Shown one piece after another: positions 39,546 to 52,289 of a DNA stretch of 64,000 nucleotides. A model generated the notes under the pieces. That model saw only the letters and a program-made list of their open reading frames with translations. It was not told the DNA's origin and did no database searches. Origin of the DNA: Lingula anatina. Lineage: Eukaryota; Animalia; Brachiopoda. The stretch spans positions 14,442,587 through 14,506,586 of the forward strand of contig CM120648.1 of assembly GCA_051362555.1 (NCBI GenBank), given 5' to 3'. A program made the translations under genes and the position numbers. Position 1 is the stretch's first letter; every line of letters begins with the position of its first letter.

Positions 39546-42500
39546 CAAAAAAATCGTTTTTAGTGCACACAGTCAACTGATAAGTTTCTCACTGATTTTT
39601 ATAATTGTTCAGCATCATATGTTTAAATTTCACCAATGTTGGACCAGATTTGTCAAAATTATTAGCGTTTAACTATTTTATGTCATGGAATTTGCCAGTC
39701 TTTTCAATGTAATTTTCAGTTTTCTAAAATGTATCGTCCAAAAAAATAGTTTTTAGTGGACACAGTCAACTGATAACCTTATCACTGATTTCTATAATTG
39801 TTCAGCATCATATGTTTAAATTTCACCAATGTTGGACTAGATTTGTCAAAATTATTAGCGTTTAACTATTTTATGTCATGGAATTTGCCAGTCTTTTCAA
39901 TGTAATTTTCAGTTTTCTAAAATATATTGTCCAAAAAAATAGTTTTAAGTGGACACAGTCAACTGATAACCTTATCACTGATTTCTATAATTGTTCAGCA
40001 TCATATGTTTAAATTTCACCAATGTTGGACTAGATTTGTCAAAATTATTAACGTTTAACTATTTTATGTCATGGAATTTGCCAGTCTTTTCAATGTAATT
40101 TTCAGTTTTCTAAAATATATCGTCCAAAAAAATAGTTTTTAGTGGACACAGTCAAATGATAACCTTATCACTGATTTTTATAATTGTTCAGCATCATATG
40201 TTTAAATTTCACCAATGTTGGACTAGATTTGTCAAAATTATTAGCGTTTAACTATTTTATGTCATGGAATTTGCCAGTCTTTTAAATGTAATTTTCAGTT
40301 TTCTAAAATATATCGTCCAAAAAATAGTTTTTAGTGGACACAGTCAACTGATAACCTTATCAATGATTTTTATAATTGTTCAGCATCATATGTTTAAATT
40401 TCACCAATGTTGGACTAGATTTGTCAAAATTATTAACGTTTAACTATTTTATGTCTTCGAATTTGTCAGTCTTTTCAATGTTATTTTCAGTTTTCTAAAA
40501 TATATATGTTCAGACAAAATCTTTTTTATTTTGCACAATCACCTGCTAAGCTTATCACAGATTTTTATTGTTGTTCAGCATCATTTGCACAAATTTCAGC
40601 ATTATTGGACTAGATTTGTCAAAATTATTAGTGTTGAACTATTTGATATATTGCTCATTTCCAGGTGACCCTTTCCATACAGTGTGGTGGCTTCTTGGTG
40701 AACTGATTCTTCCTCTCTGGACTCAGCTAATTCCTATGGAAAAAGCAGGCACTGAAAGACAGTAGCAAGAGCAGCGCTATGTCTCATCCATGTGTAGAAT
40801 ATATTGTATGAGGCAAGATTTAGGACATTGTCAAATGTTGTGCTAAACCTGATTCCAAAAACCCACTGTAAGGAGGAATCTGCATCTGGTATTGGTAGTA
40901 TGTAGAAGTCTTGAATGGGTATGTATTGTTTTCCAGATGATATATATGGGTAATTTGGCACCTCTTACACCAACTCAATTCGTAATATTTCTTGTTTCAT
41001 TTTAGACTGAATGATATGTTGTGAAATCGTAAAATATGTTTTCGGTAATTCTACCTCTTGTCGGACAAATTTCTAATGAACAACACTTCTATGACACACT
41101 GTCAACTGATAAGCTTATTAGAGATATTTATTGTTGTTAAGCATCATTTGTACAAATTTCACAAATATTGGACTAGATTTGTCAAAATTATTAGCGTTTA
41201 ACTATTTTATGTCATGGAATTTGCCAGTCTTTTCAATGTAATTTTCTGTTTTCTAAAATATATCGTCCAAAAAAATCGTTTTTAGTGCACACAGTCAACT
41301 GATAAGTTTCTCACTGATTTTTATAATTGTTCAGCATCATATGTTTAAATTTCACCAATGTTGGACCAGATTTGTCAAAATTATTAGCGTTTAACTATTT
41401 TATGTCATGGAATTTGCCAGTCTTTTCAATGTAATTTTCAGTTTTCTAAAATGTATCGTCCAAAAAAATAGTTTTTAGTGGACACAGTCAACTGATAACC
41501 TTATCACTGATTTCTATAATTGTTCAGCATCATATGTTTAAATTTCACCAATGTTGGACTAGATTTGTCAAAATTATTAACGTTTAACTATTTTATGTCA
41601 TGGAATTTGCCAGTCTTTTCAATGTAATTTTCAGTTTTCTAAAATATATCGTCCAAAAAAATAGTTTTTAGTGGACACAGTCAAATGATAACCTTATCAC
41701 TGATTTTTATAATTGTTCAGCATCATATGTTTAAATTTCACCAATGTTGGACTAGATTTGTCAAAATTATTAGCGTTTAACTATTTTATGTCATGGAATT
41801 TGCCAGTCTTTTAAATGTAATTTTCAGTTTTCTAAAATATATCGTCCAAAAAAATCGTTTTAAGTGGACACAGTCAACTGATAAGCTTATCACTGATTTT
41901 TATAATTGTTCAGCATCAAATATTTAAATTTCACCAATGTTGGACTAGATTTGTCAAAATTATTAACGTTTAACTATTTTATGTCTTCGAATTTGTCAGT
42001 CTTTTCAATGTTATTTTCAGTTTTCTCAAATATATATGTTTAGACAAGATCTTTTTTATTTTACACAGTCAACTGCTAACTTTATCACAGATTTTATTGT
42101 TGTTCAGCATCATTTGCACAAATTTCAGCATTATTGGACTAGATTTGTCAAAATTATTAGCGTTTAACTATTTTATGTCTTGGAATTTGCCAGTCTTTTC
42201 AATGTTATTTTCAGTTTTCTAAAATATATCATCCATTAAAAATCGTTTTTAGTGGACACAGTCAACTGATAACCTTATCACTGATTTTTATTATTGTTCA
42301 GCATCATTTGTCCAAATTTCACAAATATTGGACTAGATTTGTCAAAATTATTAACGTTTAACTATTTGATATATTGCTCATTTCCATGTGACCCTTTTCA
42401 TAGAGTGTGGTGGCCTCTTGGTGAACACACTCTTCCTCTCTGGACTCAGCTAATTCCTATGGAAAAAGCAGGCACTGAAAGACAGTAGCAAGAGCAGCGC

Positions 42501-45500
42501 TATGTCTCATCCATGTGTAGAATATATTGTATGAGGCAAGATTTAGGACATTGTCAAATGTTGTGCTAAACCTGATTCCAGAAACCCACTGTAAGGAGGA
42601 ATCTGCATCTGGTATTGGTAGTATGTCTTGAATGGGTATGTATTGTTTTCCAGATGATATATATGGGTAATTTGGCACCCCTTACACAAACAAACTCAAA
42701 TCGTAATGTTTCTTGTTTCATTTTAGACTGACTGATATGTTGTGAAATCGTAAAATTTGTTTTCGGTAATTCTACCTCTTGTCGAAGAAATTGCTAATGA
42801 ACACCACTTCTACTACACACGGTCAACTGATAAGCTTATCACAGATATTTGTTGTTGTTAAGCATCATTTGTACAAATTTCACAAATATTGGAGTAGATT
42901 TGTCAAAATTATTAGCGTTTAACTATTTTATGTCATGGAATTTGCCAGTCTTTTCAATGTAATTTTCAGTTTTCTAAAATATATCGTCCAAAAAAATAGT
43001 TTTTAGTGGACACAGTCAACTGATAACCTTATCACTGATTTTTAAAATTGTTCAGCATCATATATTTAAATTTCACCAATGTTGGACTAGATTTGTCAAA
43101 ATTATTAGTGTTTAACTATTTTATGTCATGGAATTTGCCAGTCTTTTCAATGTAATTTTCAGTTTTCTAAAATATATCGTCCAAAAAAATAGTTTTTAGT
43201 GGACACAGTCAACTGATAACCTTATCACTGATTTTTATAATTGTTCAGCATCATATGTTTAAATTTCACCAATGTTGGACTAGATTTGTCAAAATTATTA
43301 GCGTTTAACTATTTTATGTCATGGAATTTGCCAGTCTTTTCAATGTAATTTTCAGTTTTCTAAAATATATCGTCCAAAAAAATCGTTTTTAGTGGACACA
43401 GTCAACTGATAAGCTTCTCACTGATTTTTATAATTGTTCAGCATCATATGTTTAAATTTCACCATTATTGGACTAGATTTGTCAAAGTGATTAACGTTTA
43501 ACTATTTTATGTCTTGGAATTAGTCAGCCTTTTCAATGTTATTTTCAGTTTTCTAAAATATATCATCCATTAAAAATCGTTTTAAGTGGACACAGTCAAC
43601 TGATAAGCTTCTCACTGATTTTTATATATGTTCAGCATCATATGTTTAAATTTCACCATTATTGGACTAGATTTGTTAAAGTTATTAACGTTTAACTATT
43701 TTATGTCTTGGAATTAGTCAGCCTTTTCAATGTTATTTTCAGTTTTCTCAAATATATATGTTCAGACAAAATCTTTTTTATTTTACACAGTCAACTGCTA
43801 AGCTTATCACAGATTTTTATTGTTGTTCAGCATCATTTGCACAAATTTCAACATTATTGGACTAGATTTGTCAAAATTATTAGCGTTTAACTATTTTATG
43901 TCTTGGAATTTGCCAGTCTTTTCAATGTAATTTTCAGTTTTCTAAAATATATCGTCCAAAAAAAATCGTTTTTAGTGGACACAGTCAACTGATACCCTTA
44001 TCACTGATTTTTATTATTGTTCAGCATCATTTGTCCAAATTTCACAAATATTGGACTAGATTTGTCAAAATTATTAATGTTTAACTATTTGATATATTGC
44101 TCATTTCCAGGTGACCCTTTCCATAAAGAGTGGTGGCCTCTTGGTGAACAGACTCTTCCTCTCTGGACACGGCTAATTCCCATGGAAAAAGCAAGCATTG
44201 AAAGTCAGTAGCGGGACAGCGCTATGTCTCATCCATTTGTAGAATATATTGTATGAGGCAAGATTTAGGACATTGTCAAATGTTGTGCTAAACCTGATTC
44301 CAGAAATCCACTGTAAGGAGGAATCTGCATCTGGTATTGGTAGTATGTAGAAGTCTTGAATGGGTATGTATTGTTCTCCAGATGATATATATGGGTAATT
44401 TGGCACCTATTACACAAACAAACTCAAATCATAATATTTCTTGTTTCATTTTAGACTGACTGATATGTTATGAAATCGTAAAATTTGTATTCGGTAATTC
44501 TACCTCTTGTCGAACAAATTGCTAATGAACACCACTTCTACTACACACGGTCAACTGATAACCTTATCACAGATATTTATTGTTGTTAAGCATCATTTGT
44601 ACAAATTTCACAACTATTGGAGTAGATTTGTCAAAATTATTAGCGTTTAACTATTTTATGTCATGGAATTTGCCAGTCTTTTCAATGTAATTTTCAGTTT
44701 TCTAAAATGTATCGTCCAAAAAAATAGTTTTTAGTGGACACAGTCAACTGATAACCTTATCACTGATTTCTATAATTGTTCAGCATCATATGTTTAAATT
44801 TCACAAATGTTGGACTAGATTTGTCAAAATTATTAGCGTTTAACTATTTTATGTCATGGAATTTGCCAGTCTTTTCAATGTAATTTTCAGTTTTCTAAAA
44901 TATATTGTCCAAAAAAATAGTTTTAAGTGGACACAGTCAACTGATAACCTTATCACTGATTTCTATAATTGTTCAGCATCATATGTTTAAATTTCACCAA
45001 TGTTGGACTCGATTTGTCAAAATTATTAACGTTTAACTATTTTATGTCATGGAATTTGCCAGTCTTTTCAATGTAATTTTCAGTTTTCTAAAATATATCG
45101 TCCAAAAAAATAGTTTTTAGTGGACACAGTCAAATGATAACCTTATCACTGATTTTTATAATTGTTCAGCATCATATGTTTAAATTTCACCAATGTTGGA
45201 CTAGATTTGTCAAAATTATTAGCGTTTAACTATTTTATGTCATGGAATTTGCCAGTCTTTTAAATGTAATTTTCAGTTTTCTAAAATATATCGTCCAAAA
45301 AAATCGTTTTAAGTGGACACAGTCAACTGATAAGCTTATCACTGATTTTTATAATTGTTCAGCATCAAATATTTAAATTTCACCAATGTTGGACTAGATT
45401 TGTCAAAATTATTAACGTTTAACTATTTTATGTCTTCGAATTTGTCAGTCTTTTCAATGTTATTTTCAGTTTTCTAAAATATATCATCCATTAAAAATCG

Positions 45501-48500
45501 TTTTAAGTGGACACAGTCAACTGATAAGCTTCTCACTGATTTTAATATATGATCAGCATCATATGTTTAAATTTCACCATTATTGGACTTGATTTGTCAA
45601 AGTTATTAACGTTTAACTATTTTATGTCTTGGAATTAGTCAGCCTTTTCAATGTTATTTTCAGTTTTCTCAAATATATATGTTTAGACAAGATCTTTTTT
45701 ATTTTACACAGTCAACTGCTAACTTTATCACAGATTTTATTGTTGTTCAGCATCATTTGCACAAATTTCAGCATTATTGGACTAGATTTGTCAAAATTAT
45801 TAGCGTTTAACTATTTTATGTCTTGGAATTTGCCAGTCTTTTCAATGTTATTTTCAGTTTTCTAAAATATATCATCCATTAAAAATCGTTTTTAGTGGAC
45901 ACAGTCAACTGATAACCTTATCACTGATTTTTATTATTGTTCAGCATCATTTGTCCAAATTTCACAAATATTGGACTAGATTTGTCAAAATTATTAACGT
46001 TTAACTATTTGATATATTGCTCATTTCCATGTGACCCTTTTCATAGAGTGTGGTGGCCTCTTGGTGAACACACTCTTCCTCTCTGGACTCAGCTAATTCC
46101 TATGGAAAAAGCAGGCACTGAAAGACAGTAGCAAGAGCAGCGCTATGTCTCATCCATGTGTAGAATATATTGTATGAGGCAAGATTTAGGACATTGTCAA
46201 ATGTTGTGCTAAACCTGATTCCAGAAACCCACTGTAAGGAGGAATCTGCATCTGGTATTGGTAGTATGTCTTGAATGGGTATGTATTGTTTTCCAGATGA
46301 TATATATGGGTAATTTGGCACCCCTTACACAAACAAACTCAAATCGTAATGTTTCTTGTTTCATTTTAGACTGACTGATATGGTGTGAAATCGTAAAATT
46401 TGTTTTCGGTAATTCTACCTCTTGTCGAAGAAATTGCTAATGAACACCACTTCTACTACACACGGTCAACTGATAAGCTTATCACAGATATTTGTTGTTG
46501 TTAAGCATCATTTGTACAAATTTCACAAATATTGGAGTAGATTTGTCAAAATTATTAGCGTTTAACTATTTTATGTCATGGAATTTGCCAGTCTTTTCAA
46601 TGTAATTTTCAGTTTTCTAAAATATATCGTCCAAAAAAATAGTTTTTAGTGGACACAGTCAACTGATAACCTTATCACTGATTTTTAAAATTGTTCAGCA
46701 TCATATATTTAAATTTCACCAATGTTGGACTAGATTTGTCAAAATTATTAGTGTTTAACTATTTTATGTCATGGAATTTGCCAGTCTTTTCAATGTAATT
46801 TTCAGTTTTCTAAAATATATCGTCCAAAAAAATAGTTTTTAGTGGACACAGTCAACTGATAACCTTATCACTGATTTTTATAATTGTTCAGCATCATATG
46901 TTTAAATTTCACCAATGTTGGACTAGATTTGTCAAAATTATTAGCGTTTAACTATTTTATGTCATGGAATTTGCCAGTCTTTTCAATGTAATTTTCAGTT
47001 TTCTAAAATATATCGTCCAAAAAAATCGTTTTTAGTGGACACAGTCAACTGATAAGCTTCTCACTGATTTTTATAATTGTTCAGCATCATATGTTTAAAT
47101 TTCACCATTATTGGACTAGATTTGTCAAAGTGATTAACGTTTAACTATTTTATGTCTTGGAATTAGTCAGCCTTTTCAATGTTATTTTCAGTTTTCTAAA
47201 ATATATCATCCATTAAAAATCGTTTTAAGTGGACACAGTCAACTGATAAGCTTCTCACTGATTTTTATATATGTTCAGCATCATATGTTTAAATTTCACC
47301 ATTATTGGACTAGATTTGTTAAAGTTATTAACGTTTAACTATTTTATGTCTTGGAATTAGTCAGCCTTTTCAATGTTATTTTCAGTTTTCTCAAATATAT
47401 ATGTTCAGACAAAATCTTTTTTATTTTACACAGTCAACTGCTAAGCTTATCACAGATTTTTATTGTTGTTCAGCATCATTTGCACAAATTTCAACATTAT
47501 TGGACTAGATTTGTCAAAATTATTAGCGTTTAACTATTTTATGTCTTGGAATTTGCCAGTCTTTTCAATGTAATTTTCAGTTTTCTAAAATATATCGTCC
47601 AAAAAAAATCGTTTTTAGTGGACACAGTCAACTGATACCCTTATCACTGATTTTTATTATTGTTCAGCATCATTTGTCCAAATTTCACAAATATTGGACT
47701 AGATTTGTCAAAATTATTAATGTTTAACTATTTGATATATTGCTCATTTCCAGGTGACCCTTTCCATAAAGTGTGGTGGCCTCTTGGTGAACAGACTCTT
47801 CCTCTCTGGACACGGCTAATTCCCATGGAAAAAGCAAGCATTGAAAGTCAGTAGCGGGACAGCGCTATGTCTCATCCATTTGTAGAATATATTGTATGAG
47901 GCAAGATTTAGGACATTGTCAAATGTTGTGCTAAACCTGATTCCAGAAATCCACTGTAAGGAGGAATCTGCATCTGGTATTGGTAGTATGTAGAAGTCTT
48001 GAATGGGTATGTATTGTTCTCCAGATGATATATATGGGTAATTTGGCACCTATTACACAAACAAACTCAAATCATAATATTTCTTGTTTCATTTTAGACT
48101 GACTGATATGTTATGAAATCGTAAAATTTGTATTCGGTAATTCTACCTCTTGTCGAACAAATTGCTAATGAACACCACTTCTACTACACACGGTCAACTG
48201 ATAACCTTATCACAGATATTTATTGTTGTTAAGCATCATTTGTACAAATTTCACAACTATTGGAGTAGATTTGTCAAAATTATTAGCGTTTAACTATTTT
48301 ATGTCATGGAATTTGCCAGTCTTTTCAATGTAATTTTCAGTTTTCTAAAATGTATCGTCCAAAAAAATAGTTTTTAGTGGACACAGTCAACTGATAACCT
48401 TATCACTGATTTCTATAATTGTTCAGCATCATATGTTTAAATTTCACAAATGTTGGACTAGATTTGTCAAAATTATTAGCGTTTAACTATTTTATGTCAT

Positions 48501-51500
48501 GGAATTTGCCAGTCTTTTCAATGTAATTTTCAGTTTTCTAAAATATATCGTCCAAAAAAATAGTTTTTAGTGGACACAGTCAAATGATAACCTTATCACT
48601 GATTTTTATAATTGTTCAGCATCATATGTTTAAATTTCACCAATGTTGGACTAGATTTGTCAAAATTATTAGCGTTTAACTATTTTATGTCATGGAATTT
48701 GCCAGTCTTTTAAATGTAATTTTCAGTTTTCTAAAATATATCGTCCAAAAAAATCGTTTTAAGTGGACACAGTCAACTGATAAGCTTATCACTGATTTTT
48801 ATAATTGTTCAGCATCAAATATTTAAATTTCACCAATGTTGGACTAGATTTGTCAAAATTATTAACGTTTAACTATTTTATGTCTTCGAATTTGTCAGTC
48901 TTTTCAATGTTATTTTCAGTTTTCTAAAATATATCATCCATTAAAAATCGTTTTAAGTGGACACAGTCAACTGATAAGCTTCTCACTGATTTTTATATAT
49001 GATCAGCATCATATGTTTAAATTTCACCATTATTGGACTTGATTTGTCAAAGTTATTAACGTTTAACTATTTTATGTCTTGGAATTAGTCAGCCTTTTCA
49101 ATGTTATTTTCAGTTTTCTCAAATATATATGTTTAGACAAGATCTTTTTTATTTTACACAGTCAACTGCTAACTTTATCACAGATTTTATTGTTGTTCAG
49201 CATCATTTGCACAAATTTCAGCATTATTGGACTAGATTTGTCAAAATTATTAGCGTTTAACTATTTTATGTCTTGGAATTTGCCAGTCTTTTCAATGTTA
49301 TTTTCAGTTTTCTAAAATATATCATCCATTAAAAATCGTTTTTAGTGGACACAGTCAACTGATAACCTTATCACTGATTTTTATTATTGTTCAGCATCAT
49401 TTGTCCAAATTTCACAAATATTGGACTAGATTTGTCACAATTATTAACGTTTAACTATTTGATATATTGCTCATTTCCATGTGACCCTTTCCATAAAGTG
49501 TGGTGGCCTCTTGGTGAACACACTCTTCCTCTCTGGACTCAGCTAATTCCTATGGAAAAAGCAGGCACTGAAAGACAGTAGCAAGAGCAGCGCTATGTCT
49601 CATCCATGTGTAGAATATATTGTATGAGGCAAGATTTAGGACATTGTCAAATGTTGTGCTAAACCTGATTCCACAAACCCACTGTAAGGAGGAATCTGCA
49701 TCTGGTATTGGTAGTATGTCTTGAATGGGTATGTATTGTTTTCCAGATGATATATATGGGTAATTTGGCACCCCTTACACAAACAAACTCAAATCGTAAT
49801 GTTTCTTGTTTCATTTTAGACTGACTGATATGTTGTGAAATCGTAAAATTTGTTTTCAGTAATTCTACCTCTTGTCGAAGAAATTGCTAATGAACACCAC
49901 TTCTACTACACACGGTCAACTGATAAGCTTATCACAGATATTTGTTGTTGTTAAGCATCATTTGTACAAATTTCACAAATATTGGAGTAGATTTGTCAAA
50001 ATTATTAGCGTTTAACTATTTTATGTCATGGAATTTGCCAGTCTTTTCAATGTAATTTTCAGTTTTCTAAAATATATCGTCCAAAAAAATAGTTTTTAGT
50101 GGACACAGTCAACTGATAACCTTATCACTGATTTTTAAAATTGTTCAGCATCATATATTTAAATTTCACCAATGTTGGACTAGATTTGTCAAAATTATTA
50201 GTGTTTAACTATTTTATGTCATGGAATTTGCCAGTCTTTTCAATGTAATTTTCAGTTTTCTAAAATATATCGTCCAAAAAAATAGTTTTTAGTGGACACA
50301 GTCAACTGATAACCTTATCACTGATTTTTATAATTGTTCAGCATCATATGTTTAAATTTCACCAATGTTGGACTAGATTTGTCAAAATTATTAGTGTTTA
50401 ACTATTTTATGTCATGGAATTTGCCAGTCTTTTCAATGTAATTTTCAGTTTTCTAAAATATATCGTCCAAAAAAATCGTTTTTAGTGGACACAGTCAACT
50501 GATAAGCTTCTCACTGATTTTTATAATTGTTCAGCATCATATGTTTAAATTTCACCATTATTGGACTAGATTTGTCAAAGTGATTAACGTTTAACTATTT
50601 TATGTCTTGGAATTAGTCAGCCTTTTCAATGTTATTTTCAGTTTTCTAAAATATATCATCCATTAAAAATCGTTTTAAGTGGACACAGTCAACTGATAAG
50701 CTTCTCACTGATTTTTATATATGTTCAGCATCATATGTTTAAATTTCACCATTATTGGACTAGATTTGTTAAAGTTATTAACGTTTAACTATTTTATGTC
50801 TTGGAATTAGTCAGCCTTTTCAATGTTATTTTCAGTTTTCTCAAATATATATGTTCAGACAAAATCTTTTTTATTTTACACAGTCAACTGCTAAGCTTAT
50901 CACAGATTTTTATTGTTGTTCAGCATCATTTGCACAAATTTCAACATTATTGGACAAGATTTGTCAAAATTATTAGCGTTTAACTATTTTATGTCTTGGA
51001 ATTTGCCAGTCTTTTCAATGTAATTTTCAGTTTTCTAAAATATATCGTCCAAAAAAAATCGTTTTTAGTGGACACAGTCAACTGATACCCTTATCACTGA
51101 TTTTTATTATTGTTCAGCATCATTTGTCCAAATTTCACAAATATTGGACTAGATTTGTCAAAATCATTAATGTTTAACTATTTGATATATTGCTCATTTC
51201 CAGGTGACCCTTTCCATAAAGTGTGGTGGCCTCTTGGTGAACAGACTCTTCCTCTCTGGACACGGCTAATTCCCATGGAAAAAGCAAGCATTGAAAGTCA
51301 GTAGCGGGACAGCGCTATGTCTCATCCATTTGTAGAATATATTGTATGAGGCAAGATTTAGGACATTGTCAAATGTTGTGCTAAACCTGATTCCAGAAAT
51401 CCACTGTAAGGAGGAATCTGCATCTGGTATTGGTAGTATGTAGAAGTCTTGAATGGGTATGTATTGTTCTCCAGATGATATATATGGGTAATTTGGCACC

Positions 51501-51624
51501 TATTACCAGGGATGCTAGTCTTCCGGTTTTTACCGGAATTCCGGTTTTTTGCGTCCAGTTATAAAATTTTCTGGTACTATATTTTGTTCCGGAATTCTCG
51601 TTTTAACGTGGTCGCAGACTGGAC

Positions 51625-51740
51625 GAACGATGCGTCAGAGGAACGTCGCATTTCAACCATTGCGACAGAGCTGCGTTTCAACACAATATCTAGTCACAAC
51701 CGTAGCACGTGATTTATTTATGGCGCTTGATTGGTTGGAA
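51625..51740 (+). promoter_or_regulatory. Putative transposase promoter (CpG-rich; CRE/AP1-like, E-box and inverted CCAAT motifs)
   Basis: TGCGTCA at 51631-51637, CACGTG at 51706-51711 and ATTGG at 51730-51734, 80-190 bp upstream of the ATG at 51818. Motif presence only. Confidence 0.35.
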
Positions 51741-51817
51741 ATGTAGGCTTTAATGTCGGCACCCATGTGGAAAGTTTTGACACTGCGTGCGCGGAATTTT
51801 GAACTAAACCAAACTAA

Positions 51818-52234
51818 ATGGATTTCGCGGAGAGGGGAACAGACGATATTAGAAACATCGACATTACTGTCAAAAATATATTTAGTTGGAGTTGGCTGGA
51901 GGAAAAGGACAATAATGACGATTTTTTTTCTACCTATGTTCGGAAGCGAAAGTCCCCCGGAGAAGCTTGGTGTGTATGGTGCAACGACGTGATCCGGTAC
52001 GGAAGCAGTGGTAAAAAAGCTCTGAAAAACCATGCTAAAACAACTAAGCATGCCAAAGCACGTAGTTGTTGCTTACGTGAGGGATCATTACTGTCTACTA
52101 TGGGTGGTAGGTGTTTATGTACTGATGGCACTTCCATCTTGTCAATGTCAAGATTATCCTTGGAAACAACTGTTGAAAATTACCATGAAGTTGTGATGAC
52201 ATATATTGCAATATATTTATTAAATAAAATTTGA
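51818..52234 (+). pseudogene. Truncated transposase N-terminus with a BED/C2H2-like zinc finger; catalytic domain absent
   Basis: 138-aa ORF with an ATG start contains FSWSWL...AWCVWC-NDVIRYGSSGKKALKN-HAKTTKH (Cx2C-x16-H-x5-H), resembling hAT transposase DNA-binding fingers. There is no room for a DDE domain. Sequence after ~KHAKARS probably lies past an internal deletion (inference). Confidence 0.75.
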
Positions 52235-52265
52235 AATATAGTAATTGTTTCATAATCAATTTGTA

Positions 52266-52289
52266 CCCCCCCCCCCCCCCCCCCCCCCC
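52266..52289. repeat. C24 homopolymer inside the right end of the transposon
   Basis: Direct read; homopolymer length may be affected by sequencing error. Confidence 0.9.
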
